64,000 bases of DNA. Source: Fibrobacteria bacterium (GTDB lineage Bacteria > Fibrobacterota > Fibrobacteria > UBA11236 > JADFYW01). Below, piece after piece: positions 30,622-42,168 of the stretch; within the stretch, counting starts at the first letter, position 1, and every line of letters starts with the position of its first letter. The translations under genes and the position numbers were made by a program. The notes under the pieces were generated by a model. The model was not told the DNA's origin, searched no databases, and worked only from the letters and a program-made list of their open reading frames with translations. The DNA lies in contig JBNKOC010000003.1 in assembly GCA_050294405.1 (NCBI GenBank), forward strand, positions 8,083-72,082. The letters run 5' to 3'.

Positions 30622-32016
30622 TTATTTTAGCCATATTAGTTTTTTGGGAATTTGAATATTGTTCTTGGCTCTGCCTAAGGCGTCGTACTGAGGCATATTT
30701 CCATGTAAATGTGGCAAATCATTTGATGAGTTCAATATGGGAGTTGGGGACTCAAATTCGAAGGCCCCTAAGTCAGGTGCGTCCCCAGAATAGGGAAGTC
30801 CTCTGTCTTCTCCGGCGTCAATGGCAGAGCTTTCACTGGAAAGTTTCATAAAGGGAATGTTAGGTAAACTTCCATCTATTCCTCTGGGGCCATCCATTCC
30901 CTCGGTGTTAAGAGATTCAAAATCATCATCTGAAAGTGAAATGCCATTCCATGAGTTAAAATTATCGTCAATTTCTCCCGGAGTCTCTCTATTTAAAGCT
31001 CCACCAGAACCATGAGCGATGTTATTCCTCAAAAAATGTTCTGCCCGCCCTTCATCTGCCAGCAAATCATAATTTCGGGGATTGTTAATGGCAGTGTTGT
31101 TAATCCAGTCAATTCCGCCTTCATGGTGGTTGGCGTAAAAACCCTGAGTTCGATTTTCAAAGGATAAATTAAATCTTACGACATGGCGTGGAATAGTTTC
31201 GGGAATGGTCGTTGTTGTAAACCCGCCAGCTTTAATTCCCGCTCCGTTGCCGGCAGCGGTTCGGCTGTCTGGTTGGAATCCGTTATAAAAGGCCCAGGAA
31301 TGTTCCACTGTACATACTCCTGGGGAATTAATAAAGTCAAATCCGTCGTCACTGTTCCACCAGGCCCGGCAACCTCGAAATAGGTTGCCATTGCCAGTAG
31401 TATGACAGCCAAATCCGTCAGCGTTTTCACCTCCGCGGTCGGCATCAAAATTATGGTGGGAGTCCACATTAAGAACCAGATTATCGCTTCCGGCTTTAAT
31501 AAAAATTCCCGGTCCTTCATTATGGTGGAGATCTAAGTTTTCAAATATGTTATTACTTCCCTGGATGTGTATGCACCAGGATTCGTTGGTATTGGTTAGA
31601 GTTTGCTGAACCCCTTTTAATTCCAGTCCTTTAAAGTGCAGGTAGTCAGCGCGAACTTGAAATCCGGTAATTCGTTCCTGGGGCAATAAATTGAAAAAAT
31701 CAAAAACAGGCTTTTGCTCTTGAGCTGCCCAATAACGAATAGGTTGCCCCTCAGTTCCGCTTTTATTAAACAAAACCCCAACTGCTTCGCTGGTGCCGGA
31801 AAATATATAATTGCCAGCCTTAATCCATACCGTATCTCCTGGGGAGGCGGCATTCTGTGCTTGCTGGAGAGTCGCAAAAGGACTGGATTCGCTTCCGCTT
31901 CCATTTTGGGCGGCAGAGGCAGAAACATAAATTTGAGCAGCTTGGGAAAATTGAAGAAGAGCCAAAGTCAGCCCCGCAATAAATTTTGCTTTCGATAGAG
32001 TGAACCCGGTAACCAT
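30622..32016 (-). CDS. Secreted pectate lyase, PL9-like right-handed beta-helix
   Basis: ENADGF, NSDDGFD, GNGAGIKAGG and APDLGAFE; signal peptide. Confidence 0.85.
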   Translation of the reverse strand: MVTGFTLSKAKFIAGLTLALLQFSQAAQIYVSASAAQNGSGSESSPFATLQQAQNAASPGDTVWIKAGNYIFSGTSEAVGVLFNKSGTEGQPIRYWAAQEQKPVFDFFNLLPQERITGFQVRADYLHFKGLELKGVQQTLTNTNESWCIHIQGSNNIFENLDLHHNEGPGIFIKAGSDNLVLNVDSHHNFDADRGGENADGFGCHTTGNGNLFRGCRAWWNSDDGFDFINSPGVCTVEHSWAFYNGFQPDSRTAAGNGAGIKAGGFTTTTIPETIPRHVVRFNLSFENRTQGFYANHHEGGIDWINNTAINNPRNYDLLADEGRAEHFLRNNIAHGSGGALNRETPGEIDDNFNSWNGISLSDDDFESLNTEGMDGPRGIDGSLPNIPFMKLSSESSAIDAGEDRGLPYSGDAPDLGAFEFESPTPILNSSNDLPHLHGNMPQYDALGRAKNNIQIPKKLIWLK

Positions 32017-32261
32017 TGCAGATAATTTAACCAGAATTTTTAAATCTGGGGTGTTGTTTTTAACAATTGTTGTCAGTTCAAAAAACTTATACCTAGTTGT
32101 TTTGAAGGATAACTAACAGATTTATTGCCTTTACCAGTTTTAACAGGATATTTTTTTGTTCCTATATTTTGCAGTCTGAGAACAGAAAATCATGTTTATA
32201 AAAATCTATCCTAAAATTTATGGTATTTTTATTTTAAACCTGTGCAAAGAGGCTTGACAAA

Positions 32262-32789
32262 ATGAAAATTAAACTTTTAATAACATTGTTATTTTTAAGC
32301 GGAAACTTGTGTTTTGGATCCGGATTAAAATATTGGGGTAGTCTGGGTGCTGGTCTGGGGTTAATGGACCTTGAAGAATTTATTTATTCCCCCTTGGATG
32401 TATCTGCAAATATTTCCATAAATAATTTTTTATTAGGCGGCGGTATTGATTTAATTCACAGGCAGGGTGGGGTTTGCGCCTTAACCTGCTATGATTATTC
32501 CAATAAGTTTATTTGGAATGGATTAATTGGATATGTTTATTCCTGGAATAAATTTGGTTTTTCCTTTAAATCTGGTATCAGCTATGCCAAACAATATGGG
32601 GGATACGGCTATAGAACCAATGGATGGGAGTTTGGTATACCCATCAAAGCCATGTTTATGATGCCTTTAAATAAATATGTAGGAGTAGAAAGCGGAATTA
32701 ACACCTGGGTTCGAAAAGGCCAATTTTTGAAAACGGATTATTATTCTACGGTCCGATTAGGATTGGTATTTGGTTTGTTGCCAAAATAA
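32262..32789 (+). CDS. Hypothetical secreted or outer-membrane beta-barrel-like protein
   Basis: Signal peptide; Gly- and aromatic-rich beta-strands. Confidence 0.55.
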   Translation: MKIKLLITLLFLSGNLCFGSGLKYWGSLGAGLGLMDLEEFIYSPLDVSANISINNFLLGGGIDLIHRQGGVCALTCYDYSNKFIWNGLIGYVYSWNKFGFSFKSGISYAKQYGGYGYRTNGWEFGIPIKAMFMMPLNKYVGVESGINTWVRKGQFLKTDYYSTVRLGLVFGLLPK

Positions 32790-32809
32790 AAACAGGGTCG
32801 AGGCTTTAG

Positions 32810-34132
32810 CTACTTTTGTCTTAAGGCCAATTCCTTTATATTCACATTAAGGGATGTTTCCTTTAGAATATTATAGAACCCATCAAGGGTTTCCACCGCT
32901 TTTTTATCATCTTCTGGTAATTGGGTGATCGCATCGCCATCGTTTTCTACAGCATTTAACACATCCAGAACAAAAACGGTGGAAGGATCTTTACCTGGCT
33001 GGTAGGCTCTATCTTCCTGGTCGTTGTCAATCAAAACTTCCCTCACCAGGCCAGAACGCAGAAGGCTGGTAAGCACCGCTACTACAAAACGACGTGGGAC
33101 ATTAAGGCTGGCAGAAAGCTCCTCGACACGGGTGGGTGGCTGCCCTTGCAGAAAGGCTTTGGTGAGTCGCAGGAAAATCCGAAGTGCCAAATCTTTGGAG
33201 GCTTTATTACTGAATGTTTTGGTTTCTTTTTCAGCTTCATAAGATTCCAGGTGCTGGTGCATATAGGAAAATTTAGATCCGGCCAAAATTATGGTCCAAC
33301 TGGCACGCAGCCAAATAATAAAAAGGGGTAGAGCTGCGAAACTCCCATAAATGGCATTGTAACTGGTGAGGTTTACCTGCAATTTGATGTATATTTGCTC
33401 CCAGATTAAAAACAAAGTACCCGCTACTACGCCCCCAATCAGGGCTGAAAAGGGGCGCACTTTTTCATTAGGCAACAGAAAATACAAACCGGTAAATAAC
33501 AACCAAATTAAACTCCAGGATATCCACTTTAAAATGTATGTACCCGGTCCTTCAAGAAAACCGGGAAGAAGGGAGGGAAGTTTACTGCTCAAAAAGGCAG
33601 TTAAACTGCTGGAAATTAAAAACAATACAGGGAATAATACCAGAAAAGATATATAGTTGGTTATTCGCCGGGCCCAGGAACGGGATTCATGAATCTCCCA
33701 GATATCGTTAAAACAGGATTCAATTTCGGTGATCACCATAATAACGGAAAATAAAAGCACCAGAATTCCCACCCCCGCAATAAGGCCCCCGTGGGTATTT
33801 TCCAATAAAGACTGGGAGAACTGTATGAGTTTTTGGCCCATGTCTGGCTGATTTTCAAATCGAGACAAGATTTCTTTTTCCAGACGTGCTTCCATGCCAA
33901 AACCTTTGGCCAAGGCGAAGGCGAGCCCCACCACTGGTACAATGGACATTAGGGTGTGCAAGGTAAGAGCATTGGCCCGTAGGGAAATGCGGTCCTGTTT
34001 GATACCTTTAAGACTGAGCAGGGTTATTTTTAAGGCGGCTATTGCCTTGTATTGAATGCCAGAGTATTGCCGAACAGGAATGTCCCAAAGGGTGTTAAGG
34101 AGATAGTTTTTTATTTTAGAAAATAGGCTCAT
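32810..34132 (-). CDS. YihY/virulence factor BrkB family membrane protein with C-terminal wHTH-like domain
   Basis: ANALTLHTLMSIVP, FNDIW and YNAIYGSFAALPLFIIW. Confidence 0.9.
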   Translation of the reverse strand: MSLFSKIKNYLLNTLWDIPVRQYSGIQYKAIAALKITLLSLKGIKQDRISLRANALTLHTLMSIVPVVGLAFALAKGFGMEARLEKEILSRFENQPDMGQKLIQFSQSLLENTHGGLIAGVGILVLLFSVIMVITEIESCFNDIWEIHESRSWARRITNYISFLVLFPVLFLISSSLTAFLSSKLPSLLPGFLEGPGTYILKWISWSLIWLLFTGLYFLLPNEKVRPFSALIGGVVAGTLFLIWEQIYIKLQVNLTSYNAIYGSFAALPLFIIWLRASWTIILAGSKFSYMHQHLESYEAEKETKTFSNKASKDLALRIFLRLTKAFLQGQPPTRVEELSASLNVPRRFVVAVLTSLLRSGLVREVLIDNDQEDRAYQPGKDPSTVFVLDVLNAVENDGDAITQLPEDDKKAVETLDGFYNILKETSLNVNIKELALRQK

Positions 34133-34260
34133 GTATGAATCAATCTTTTCCGGGATATCTGAAATCAACTGTCTGCTACAAATTAATAAATAATCTAATT
34201 ATCCTACGCTTTTTGTATTAATGCTATTATTAGTTCTTTCAGTATTTGGGGGTTCAGCAT

Positions 34261-34905
34261 ATGCAAAAAGTACGAGTAGCCAGTTTTACTATTTCAGCCG
34301 ATGGGTATGGAGCAGGCATTGGTCAAAGTTTAAACCAGCCAATGGGAATTGGAGGAGGGGAATTGCATCAATGGTTTTTTCCCACAGAGGTTTTTAAAAC
34401 TATGTTGGGCGGAAGTGGCGGAGAAAGCGGAATTGATAATGATTTCGCTAAAGCCGGTTTTGAAAATGTGGGAGCCTGGATTTTGGGGCGCAATATGTTT
34501 GCCCACAGCCGTGGAGATTGGACTGACGATGGTTGGAAGGGTTGGTGGGGAGACGAGCCTCCCTATCATTGCCCAGTGTATATATTAACCCATTATCCAA
34601 GAGAATCCTTCGAAATGAAGGGTGGTACTATCTTTCATTTTGAGACAGAAGGAATTGAAAAAGCTTTGGAAAAAGCCAAGCAAGCGGCAGCTGGCAAAGA
34701 TGTGAGGATTGGCGGGGGAGTTCATACAGTGCGGCAATACCTGGAAAAACAATTGATTGATGAATTACATATTGCTGTTTCTCCTGTGCTATTGGGAAAC
34801 GGAGAGCATTTGTTTTTTAATTTGGATTTGAAAAAACTGGGATACAAAATCGTTAAAAGTACCAGCAGTAAATTAGCGACCCATTTAAATATTTCGAAAG
34901 TTTAG
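34261..34905 (+). CDS. Dihydrofolate reductase (RibD C-terminal) family protein
   Basis: ISADGY, ILGRNMF, DVRIGGG and LIDELHIAVSPVLLGNG. Confidence 0.92.
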   Translation: MQKVRVASFTISADGYGAGIGQSLNQPMGIGGGELHQWFFPTEVFKTMLGGSGGESGIDNDFAKAGFENVGAWILGRNMFAHSRGDWTDDGWKGWWGDEPPYHCPVYILTHYPRESFEMKGGTIFHFETEGIEKALEKAKQAAAGKDVRIGGGVHTVRQYLEKQLIDELHIAVSPVLLGNGEHLFFNLDLKKLGYKIVKSTSSKLATHLNISKV

Positions 34906-35057
34906 TTGCATTTTAAAAAGCTGACGGGGAAATCTGGGCCGTGGTATAACAGTTTTTGTTTGCCAAATTTCTTATAAATTTCCCAGATTTTTACCGTAAT
35001 TATTAATTAAATTTAAATTCATAGCTCGAAATTGGAGTTTAGTTGTAGTTTAAATTT

Positions 35058-36122
35058 ATGCGGATTTTTAAAAACAGCTTCTTTTTTGCATTCTTTTTAT
35101 GTGCCCCATTCACGGCAATATCAAGTCCATCGGATAAGGTTGTTTTTGAAAAGTATGGCGAGCAATCTGTATTAACAGGGCCAATAGCTAAGATTAGAGG
35201 CTACCGTGGTCTATATTATGGCATTCTTGAAGATTCCACAGTAATTTCCTGGACAGATGATGGGCTGCGTACCGAAATGGATAGTTTAAAAGGAGTTGCC
35301 GATATAAGCGTTAACGAATTAGGAGTGGCATTTTTGTCTTCTGATGGAACTGTTCAGGCTGACTTCTTGGAAAATTGGGAGAACAGTTATTCCAATTTTG
35401 GAGATAGAGTATTGATTAATGAATTAAGCGATGTAATAGCAATTTCTGTAGGTTGGGAAACTTTTAAGGTTGTTAAAGAAGATGGTTCCGTAATTGGTTG
35501 GGGTGATGCACAATATAATACAAACATCCCTAATAATTTGTCGGGAGCAAAAAAAGTATCTTCTGGAATTCATGTGGCAATGGCATTATTGGAAGACAAC
35601 ACGGCTGTTATTTGGGGTGAAGTGCCCAATAATAATGATTTAAGGAATTTTATAGAAAACATAGGCTCTGATGTTATTGATGTACTAGCGGGAGATCACT
35701 CCTATGAATTGGTTCATGAAGACGGCACAATCTCAAGTTATGGTGGAAAATTTGCAAATTTTAATTTATCAAATGTTAAAAGAATAGAATCAAGCCGTTT
35801 TGGCGGTGAATTAATATTAACTCAAGATGGAAAAATCCTCCGCTGGGATGCAAACAGAGACAAGATTGTTGAAATTGCAAACATATCCAACGCTGTTGAC
35901 ATCGCTTTACCCGCAGCGGTGCTAACCTCCGATGGCCGGGTTATATCAAATATCGATAAACCTATGGCAGAAATTCCGACAAGCGTTGGGCCTGTTTTGA
36001 ATTTCGAAATAAAGGAATCGCAAATAACATATTATGATATTCGGGGAAAAATTGTACCTAAGGTTTCAATTGCAAATGGGCACTATCGACTTCCTTCGCA
36101 AAGGCTCATATTTAATAAATAG
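35058..36122 (+). CDS. RCC1-like repeat secreted protein
   Basis: Repeats of the type ISVG..F.VVKEDGSVIGWG; signal peptide; YDIRGK tail. Confidence 0.75.
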   Translation: MRIFKNSFFFAFFLCAPFTAISSPSDKVVFEKYGEQSVLTGPIAKIRGYRGLYYGILEDSTVISWTDDGLRTEMDSLKGVADISVNELGVAFLSSDGTVQADFLENWENSYSNFGDRVLINELSDVIAISVGWETFKVVKEDGSVIGWGDAQYNTNIPNNLSGAKKVSSGIHVAMALLEDNTAVIWGEVPNNNDLRNFIENIGSDVIDVLAGDHSYELVHEDGTISSYGGKFANFNLSNVKRIESSRFGGELILTQDGKILRWDANRDKIVEIANISNAVDIALPAAVLTSDGRVISNIDKPMAEIPTSVGPVLNFEIKESQITYYDIRGKIVPKVSIANGHYRLPSQRLIFNK

Positions 36123-36125
36123 CCT

Positions 36126-39100
36126 CTACTCCACCGCACAGTTGAGGCCGGGCTCCCCGGTTCGGATAATACCCTGTTTAAATAAATTCTGTCTGCTAAG
36201 TCCATTGGCAAATCGGTATTTAATAGACCAAATATAGACACCATTTCCCACAAATTTTCCTGCAGTATCCTTTTGATTCCATACTAAAAAGCTAACATAG
36301 CCCCCAGGTTGCAGGCGATCTGGGTTTTCCATTTCACCACAGTAACCGAAACTTTGGGTGGAGGACTGAATGAATTTTCCCAAGTGATCCAGAATTACGA
36401 TTTCTGCAGTATATGGACCTTCGCTATATATTCCCACGGCGGATAAACAATTAGCTGGAAAGGCTCTGGGGGATACATTCTGTTTAGCAGCGGCATCGCA
36501 AATACTTTGCGCAGTTTCATTTATTTCACCGGATGGAGTCATATATAAAGGGGGAATCCATTCTGTTAGTTGGTTGCCTTCGATTACTCTGACAATATCG
36601 CCGGCATTGTTTATAACGGCAACTTCCCCGATGTGAGGCATATTAAACTCAGAAGTATTGTTGGTTCTTCCAATAATAGGAACCACAAGTGAGGAATAAA
36701 AGTTATCAAAACCACTGGGGTTTCCGATAACCAGGCTGTGGACGGGGTTTGGAGGGTTGTTAGCGGCATCTCTATATAAGGCATTGTTGTTTAGGTAGAC
36801 GCAATCGTTGAGCTCAACCAGGCTTCCCTCTTCGGAAATACTAATCGGAATGTGTATGGTAAGATCTCCCCGGGAGCCAATTGTGGGAGCTGTTAAAATC
36901 GGAAGAGGAAGGGTTTGGCTTGTTTCATCACAACCCTTAACTAACATAACCAAGTTTTTCCAGGGCTCAGAAGTTCCTGGAAGAGCAGACAGAGGCTCGG
37001 ATACTGTTAATACCAAAGTATCCGGAGAAACCTGGATGGTTTGGCTTGCATCGCTTTCCAATATAAAACGCTTGTAACGGGGCGCGGTGATTTCTGCGCG
37101 GGTTAGCATGGGACCTATGCCATCTTCAATAATTACGCTTTTCCCATCTGGCATAATGAGGCTGGGCTCGTCCACAGCTGCAGTTTGCCCAAATTCAAAA
37201 GAGTCTGAGGAAAAGTCAACGACTATAACGCTGTCCGAATAGGCATGGATGTTTTGGCTGTTGGCATTTTTATCCATGTTGCCATCAGCAGGCCAACTGA
37301 TGGATGTTATGGAGCTTGGCAGTATGCTAATAGGTTCCAGTAATTTAATAAAAACCGAATCGGCTCTGCCATCTTGGTTTCCATCTATTATCCAGCTCCT
37401 CTCTACATTGTATGTTACATTTATTCCGCTTAACCATTCTGCCAGAGTTCCCGGAGATGTCCCTTGAACCATAAAGTTTACATTGGCAGCGATATCAGAA
37501 AAGATAAGGAAAAATTCAGCGATGCCATTTTGAGGCGTCACCGTAGTAACATTAGTCCCGGCTAAATCGGCTTTAAAGCTAAGGCCGGTCAATGTACTGC
37601 TGACTGATAACGGATCCAAACAAGAAGATTCCAAACAACGTCCCCATTTGTCCGTAAAAACTTCAACACGTACCGGGTATCCCTGTAAATCGTTTTGGGT
37701 TAAGTTGGGAAGGGATGTTAGGGCCACTCCCTGGGCGTCCACAAAACGTAATTGAGGGATTCTAAAAGTAAGATAGGGGTGGGTGTCGGTTTGAAGACCT
37801 GCCCCATTTAAAAGCCCAAGGATATAGGTTTGAGCGGCAGGCGCAGACGTACTTCCAGTTACCCAAAGCGTATCAAGACCTGTGGCGTCTGTGGAAAGAG
37901 TACCCTCTGCTGGAATACTTTTAGCGGCATCCTGGTAAACCATAAGGTCTTCGGGAATAGCAAGGCTGTAGGTTCTCTGCACCGAGACTGGTTTGCCAGA
38001 GGCAGTAGCCTGAATATATATAGGCGCTGCAATGCCGACCAGGGTGTCAATGGGAACAAGGGGTTTCACAAAGTTTACTCCTAACTCGCCGTAAATGGTG
38101 AAGGGTATGCGAAACTCCCGCACGGGTTTGTTATGTGTGCGTATGGTAAGCAGGTAATCTCCGGGTATAAGCACAGTGCGCATGGCAAGGGTATCCATGG
38201 ATACAGAGGTGCCGCCGGTTATTTCAATTCCAGTAAGAGGTTCTGTAATTAAATTGCGTACTCCATTAACACCAGGGCCTGTAAGTTCAAAATCAGCCGT
38301 TTCGGGAATGCTGTCTTCACTGGTGGTTTTAGAACCGCAGGAGCCATCCCCTCCAATACTTCGCCATATATCATAACGCCGCACTGTGGGACTTAGAGCA
38401 ATGGTATCAATCCAGGTAGAAAGTTGTTGCTCAAAAAAGATGGAGCTTTTTATCCAAAGGTTGGAGGCAGTAGTATGCCGCTCGCAAAAGAAAAAATCAA
38501 AGGGCAGGGTATCTCCCGCATTCCATCCGTAGCCGCCAGCAACATCGTCCAGCACCAACCTGTCCCGACTGGCTCCGTGGATACCCCCCAAATCAATAAC
38601 CAGCTTGTTGTCTATAAAAACCCAAACATCATCATCGCCTTCGAACATAAATGTCTGGCCTTCTTTACCATCCAGTCCCGGGGTGTATACAAAGTTAGCG
38701 TGCATTTCCAGGCAAAAATGAAAATTATGGGGGTCGGGATCTTCCACACCCTGGCCGGTTACCCGGTCGGTGTAGGTGCTTGTAAACCGTTCCTCGGGAG
38801 CGATTTCGTTAAAATCATCAATGGGAAAGTAACCGTGGCTAGGGGTGTTATATGAATCAAACTCCCAAAGGCCGTCATTGGTTTTACTCATGGGAAGATC
38901 CACGCAGGTTTCCGCATTGGTACCCGGCACTGTATTAAACCATTCTTCGAAGGCAGACTGTTCAAAGGGATTGGAGCCAATACGGGGTTTGCTGTCGGGA
39001 CCTAAAATGGAATCAACCATACCCTTAAACAAGCCACCGCTAACTTCGGCCTGAAAATCGGGATGTGTTTGGCTGAAATCCCTGACCGTAGCTGCCAGAT

Positions 39101-39899
39101 TAAATCCGCAGGAGCCTTCAAAGCCCGGATGTTGTGGAGAGATTGTTGGAATTCCGTCGGGAAAGGGCTCAGGATATATATAGGCTGTATCGTAAACGGA
39201 AAAGTGGGTGTTTAAATTGATGGGAGTTGCATCAGTGAGCCCATTAGCACCGTAATAAGAGCTCCCGAACATTTCCTGAAAACTAACATTGTAATCGGTA
39301 TCACTAATTAAAAAAGCAACAAACCATTCACAGTTGTCGCTTAGGCGCATGTTGCGATAATCGCTGCCATTGACACTTATGGTTGGAGCAGTGATGGTCC
39401 AGGGGTTTAATATAAAGACGGTTTTTCCATCGGGGGGAGTGGCAGTAATCACTACCTGGTTGTTTTCAAGATAAATGTATATATCGAGGGCTCCGGGAAA
39501 ATCCCGCATAATTTGATTGATATCAAACCAATCGGATTGGGCGGGGGCTTGAGTTTCGGTGGATAGCCCTAGAGGGGATAGCCATTGGGGTTCCTGGAGG
39601 TTTGGTTCAATGGCTGTTAATAAAATGAATGGGCTTTGCTGATTGGCAGGTATGTTGTTTTGAAAATTAAAGGACCACCAATCACGGACTTCATTTACTA
39701 AAGGCTCACCCGGATACCAGCCCATGTTGCCATCGGCTCCTTGCACGGACAATGGGAGATCTTCCCTTCCGGCCACATTAGCCCATGGATTTTGCACATG
39801 TATGGTGATTCCCTGCCCATAGATAGCTTGAATGGAAAAGTAAAGGCAAAAAAGTAAACCAATAAAAAATTGACGCTTAAAAGGATTTTTCCGATGCAT
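36126..39899 (-). CDS. Fibro-slime (PA14-related) domain protein
   Basis: [42 protein letters not shown] and FFCERH; C-terminal WNQKD..GK.VGNGVY domain. Confidence 0.92.
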   Translation of the reverse strand: MHRKNPFKRQFFIGLLFCLYFSIQAIYGQGITIHVQNPWANVAGREDLPLSVQGADGNMGWYPGEPLVNEVRDWWSFNFQNNIPANQQSPFILLTAIEPNLQEPQWLSPLGLSTETQAPAQSDWFDINQIMRDFPGALDIYIYLENNQVVITATPPDGKTVFILNPWTITAPTISVNGSDYRNMRLSDNCEWFVAFLISDTDYNVSFQEMFGSSYYGANGLTDATPINLNTHFSVYDTAYIYPEPFPDGIPTISPQHPGFEGSCGFNLAATVRDFSQTHPDFQAEVSGGLFKGMVDSILGPDSKPRIGSNPFEQSAFEEWFNTVPGTNAETCVDLPMSKTNDGLWEFDSYNTPSHGYFPIDDFNEIAPEERFTSTYTDRVTGQGVEDPDPHNFHFCLEMHANFVYTPGLDGKEGQTFMFEGDDDVWVFIDNKLVIDLGGIHGASRDRLVLDDVAGGYGWNAGDTLPFDFFFCERHTTASNLWIKSSIFFEQQLSTWIDTIALSPTVRRYDIWRSIGGDGSCGSKTTSEDSIPETADFELTGPGVNGVRNLITEPLTGIEITGGTSVSMDTLAMRTVLIPGDYLLTIRTHNKPVREFRIPFTIYGELGVNFVKPLVPIDTLVGIAAPIYIQATASGKPVSVQRTYSLAIPEDLMVYQDAAKSIPAEGTLSTDATGLDTLWVTGSTSAPAAQTYILGLLNGAGLQTDTHPYLTFRIPQLRFVDAQGVALTSLPNLTQNDLQGYPVRVEVFTDKWGRCLESSCLDPLSVSSTLTGLSFKADLAGTNVTTVTPQNGIAEFFLIFSDIAANVNFMVQGTSPGTLAEWLSGINVTYNVERSWIIDGNQDGRADSVFIKLLEPISILPSSITSISWPADGNMDKNANSQNIHAYSDSVIVVDFSSDSFEFGQTAAVDEPSLIMPDGKSVIIEDGIGPMLTRAEITAPRYKRFILESDASQTIQVSPDTLVLTVSEPLSALPGTSEPWKNLVMLVKGCDETSQTLPLPILTAPTIGSRGDLTIHIPISISEEGSLVELNDCVYLNNNALYRDAANNPPNPVHSLVIGNPSGFDNFYSSLVVPIIGRTNNTSEFNMPHIGEVAVINNAGDIVRVIEGNQLTEWIPPLYMTPSGEINETAQSICDAAAKQNVSPRAFPANCLSAVGIYSEGPYTAEIVILDHLGKFIQSSTQSFGYCGEMENPDRLQPGGYVSFLVWNQKDTAGKFVGNGVYIWSIKYRFANGLSRQNLFKQGIIRTGEPGLNCAVE

Positions 39900-39964
39900 T
39901 TACATACCCCCAGCTAGCTTAGTGACCATTGCGCTGGCATAAGTTCATTTTTTATAAAATTTGC

Positions 39965-39982
39965 TGTTGCCAAATAAAATTG
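39965..39982 (+). promoter_or_regulatory. Repeated 18-bp motif running into a -35 box (copy 1)
   Basis: TGTTGCCAAATAAAATTG, 16/18 identical to 42169-42186; continues as TTGCTT-N17-TATTAT. Confidence 0.45.
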
Positions 39983-40036
39983 CTTTTTTTGATTTTTAAT
40001 GCTATTATATCCCTGGAAGGGCTTTTGAACGCAAAA

Positions 40037-40882
40037 ATGGATAAAAAACCAGTAATTTATAACTATTTCGACTATCGGGACTATTTAAACGACGCTTTTG
40101 ATTATTTTAAAGGGGTTGATCCGTCTTATTCCCATCGGAAATTTTTGTCGGAGGCGGGGATACCAGGCTCTACCTATCTTTTGAGGGTTTTGCGGGATGA
40201 GAGAAAGTTATCTCCGAAATATGTTGCCAATTTTTCAGCGGCTTTAAAACATAATCAATCGGAGTCTTCCTACTTTAAAATATTAGTTAATTTTGGTAAC
40301 AACAAAAATTTAGATAAAAGAGATGCGCTCCTTAAAGAACTATTAAAAATACGCTCCGATAAAACAAAGTATTCCCTCCAGGATAAAAAACTCCGGTATT
40401 TTGAAAAATGGTATTACCCTGTCATACGGGATCTTGTTGCCCTTGTTGATTTTAAAGAAGACTATAACATATTGGCCAGAATGCTTGTTCCTCCCATTAA
40501 ACCCGAGCAGGCCAAAGGAGCTGTTACATTTCTTCTAAAACATGGGTTCATAAAACATCGAAAAAAGAATCAAGGTTACGAACCCTCTGAACCTATTGTG
40601 GCGACTCCTCCCAGGGTGAACTCAACTATCCTGAGCCGCTTCCATAAAAAAAATCTGGAACTTGATATTGAAATCTTTGATAATGGAACGCTCTCCGACA
40701 GCAGTATCTCCTCGGTAACAATGAGTGTGTCCAAAGAAACTTTTGAAAAGCTGCGTATGGAAATTCAGGAGTTTCGAAAGCGTCTGATTACAATTGCAAG
40801 GCAAGACCAAAACCCTGAGATGGTTTGCCGGGTGGGGTTCCAGTTAGTACCACGAGCCAAAGTGAAGAAGAAGGGTTTATGA
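40037..40882 (+). CDS. TIGR02147 family protein (HTH plus DUF4423)
   Basis: VIYNYFDYRDYL, ERKLS, YFEKWYYPVIRDL, SSVTMSVS and VGFQLVP. Confidence 0.9.
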   Translation: MDKKPVIYNYFDYRDYLNDAFDYFKGVDPSYSHRKFLSEAGIPGSTYLLRVLRDERKLSPKYVANFSAALKHNQSESSYFKILVNFGNNKNLDKRDALLKELLKIRSDKTKYSLQDKKLRYFEKWYYPVIRDLVALVDFKEDYNILARMLVPPIKPEQAKGAVTFLLKHGFIKHRKKNQGYEPSEPIVATPPRVNSTILSRFHKKNLELDIEIFDNGTLSDSSISSVTMSVSKETFEKLRMEIQEFRKRLITIARQDQNPEMVCRVGFQLVPRAKVKKKGL

Positions 40883-42111
40883 TTGTAAGGCTGCTCCTTT
40901 CAATATCCCTGCTTTTCCTTGCAAGCTGTTTACAGTCTGTTTCCAAGGGCAATGGAACAGGAACCGATGCGGGTGAGGCTAAAATAGTGGGAACAGCTTT
41001 AGTGTTTGATAGTTTGCCTGCTGCAAATGCAAATGTTATACTGAGAGAACAAAATTATATACCTCTATCAAAACCAGCTCAGGAACATAAGGCTGTTAAA
41101 ACAGACTCTGATGGATTATTCGAAATAGGCAATATTTCTTCTGGCTATTATCTTATTGAACTATGGAACCGTGATTCTCTAAGCGCCATAAAGCGTTTTT
41201 ATATTTCAAATGACAATGCTAACATCGACTTGGGCAATATCACTTTGGACACTTCAGTGGAATTTACAGGAAGTGTGCTGCAGGATGGTTTCCCGCCTTC
41301 AGCTGCGCAGCTTCTGGTAATGGGGTTGGACAAAGTGGTTGATTTAGCTGCTGATGGGGCTTTCTCCCTTCTTTTGCCAAAGGGTGAGCAGCTTTTCAGA
41401 ATAGCCGTTGGTAACGAACCGACTGCCGGAGAATTTTTGTTTAGTGAAGCCGATAGGGGAGATACGCTTTTAATTAGCAATGTTCCATTTACCTTGCTTG
41501 AAGGTTTTGATAACATGGATGGCCGCAATGATCTCGGCCGCTTTTTGGGAGGCGGCTGGTGGTTTTCCTATTCCGACCAGGCAGGCGGCGGAAATAGCCG
41601 GGTTTTGCCTACAGAAGAGACGGGTTTGGTTGCTGCAATTGATACAACAGCTGAGGCTTATTCCGGTGGCAGTTTACATATCCAGTACGAGGTTGATTCT
41701 TTATTCAGCGCCCCTTATGCTCTGGTTGCTACAAATATCAGTTATGGAATTTACGATACTCTTGCGGATGGCAAGATGTGGTTCGACTTAAGCAATATGA
41801 CCGCGGTTAGTTTTATGGCCAAGGGGACGGGAACCGTATATTTACAATTAACCAGTAAAATAGACAGTCTAGCGGGTGGCTCTCAATTTCCCTTTGAAGT
41901 TCCCTTCGACCTAACCCCGACTTGGAAAATGTTTACCATAAGTTCAAATGATATCCCTGATGCACAAGTTTCCGGCTCCCCCCAGCCTATAACATGGGAG
42001 ACGGGTGCTACTTCAGTAGGAAATATGACCTTCCTGGCAAATAAAAATGCCGAAATATGGATAGACAATATTATCCTTGAAGGTATGGGCCCTGCCGATT
42101 TTTTGAAGTAA
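40879..42111 (+). CDS. Lipoprotein with carboxypeptidase-regulatory-like and CBM11-like domains
   Basis: Lipobox LASC, then GNGTGTDAGEA; TDSDGLFEI; GGWWFSYSD...FMAKGTG...IWIDNI; ATGA overlap with the upstream gene. Confidence 0.8.
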   Translation: MIVRLLLSISLLFLASCLQSVSKGNGTGTDAGEAKIVGTALVFDSLPAANANVILREQNYIPLSKPAQEHKAVKTDSDGLFEIGNISSGYYLIELWNRDSLSAIKRFYISNDNANIDLGNITLDTSVEFTGSVLQDGFPPSAAQLLVMGLDKVVDLAADGAFSLLLPKGEQLFRIAVGNEPTAGEFLFSEADRGDTLLISNVPFTLLEGFDNMDGRNDLGRFLGGGWWFSYSDQAGGGNSRVLPTEETGLVAAIDTTAEAYSGGSLHIQYEVDSLFSAPYALVATNISYGIYDTLADGKMWFDLSNMTAVSFMAKGTGTVYLQLTSKIDSLAGGSQFPFEVPFDLTPTWKMFTISSNDIPDAQVSGSPQPITWETGATSVGNMTFLANKNAEIWIDNIILEGMGPADFLK

Positions 42112-42168
42112 TACAGCGAATTTCACTTCCCCAGCTATCCTTTCAAAAGGAAATTCCCTTTTTTAAGT

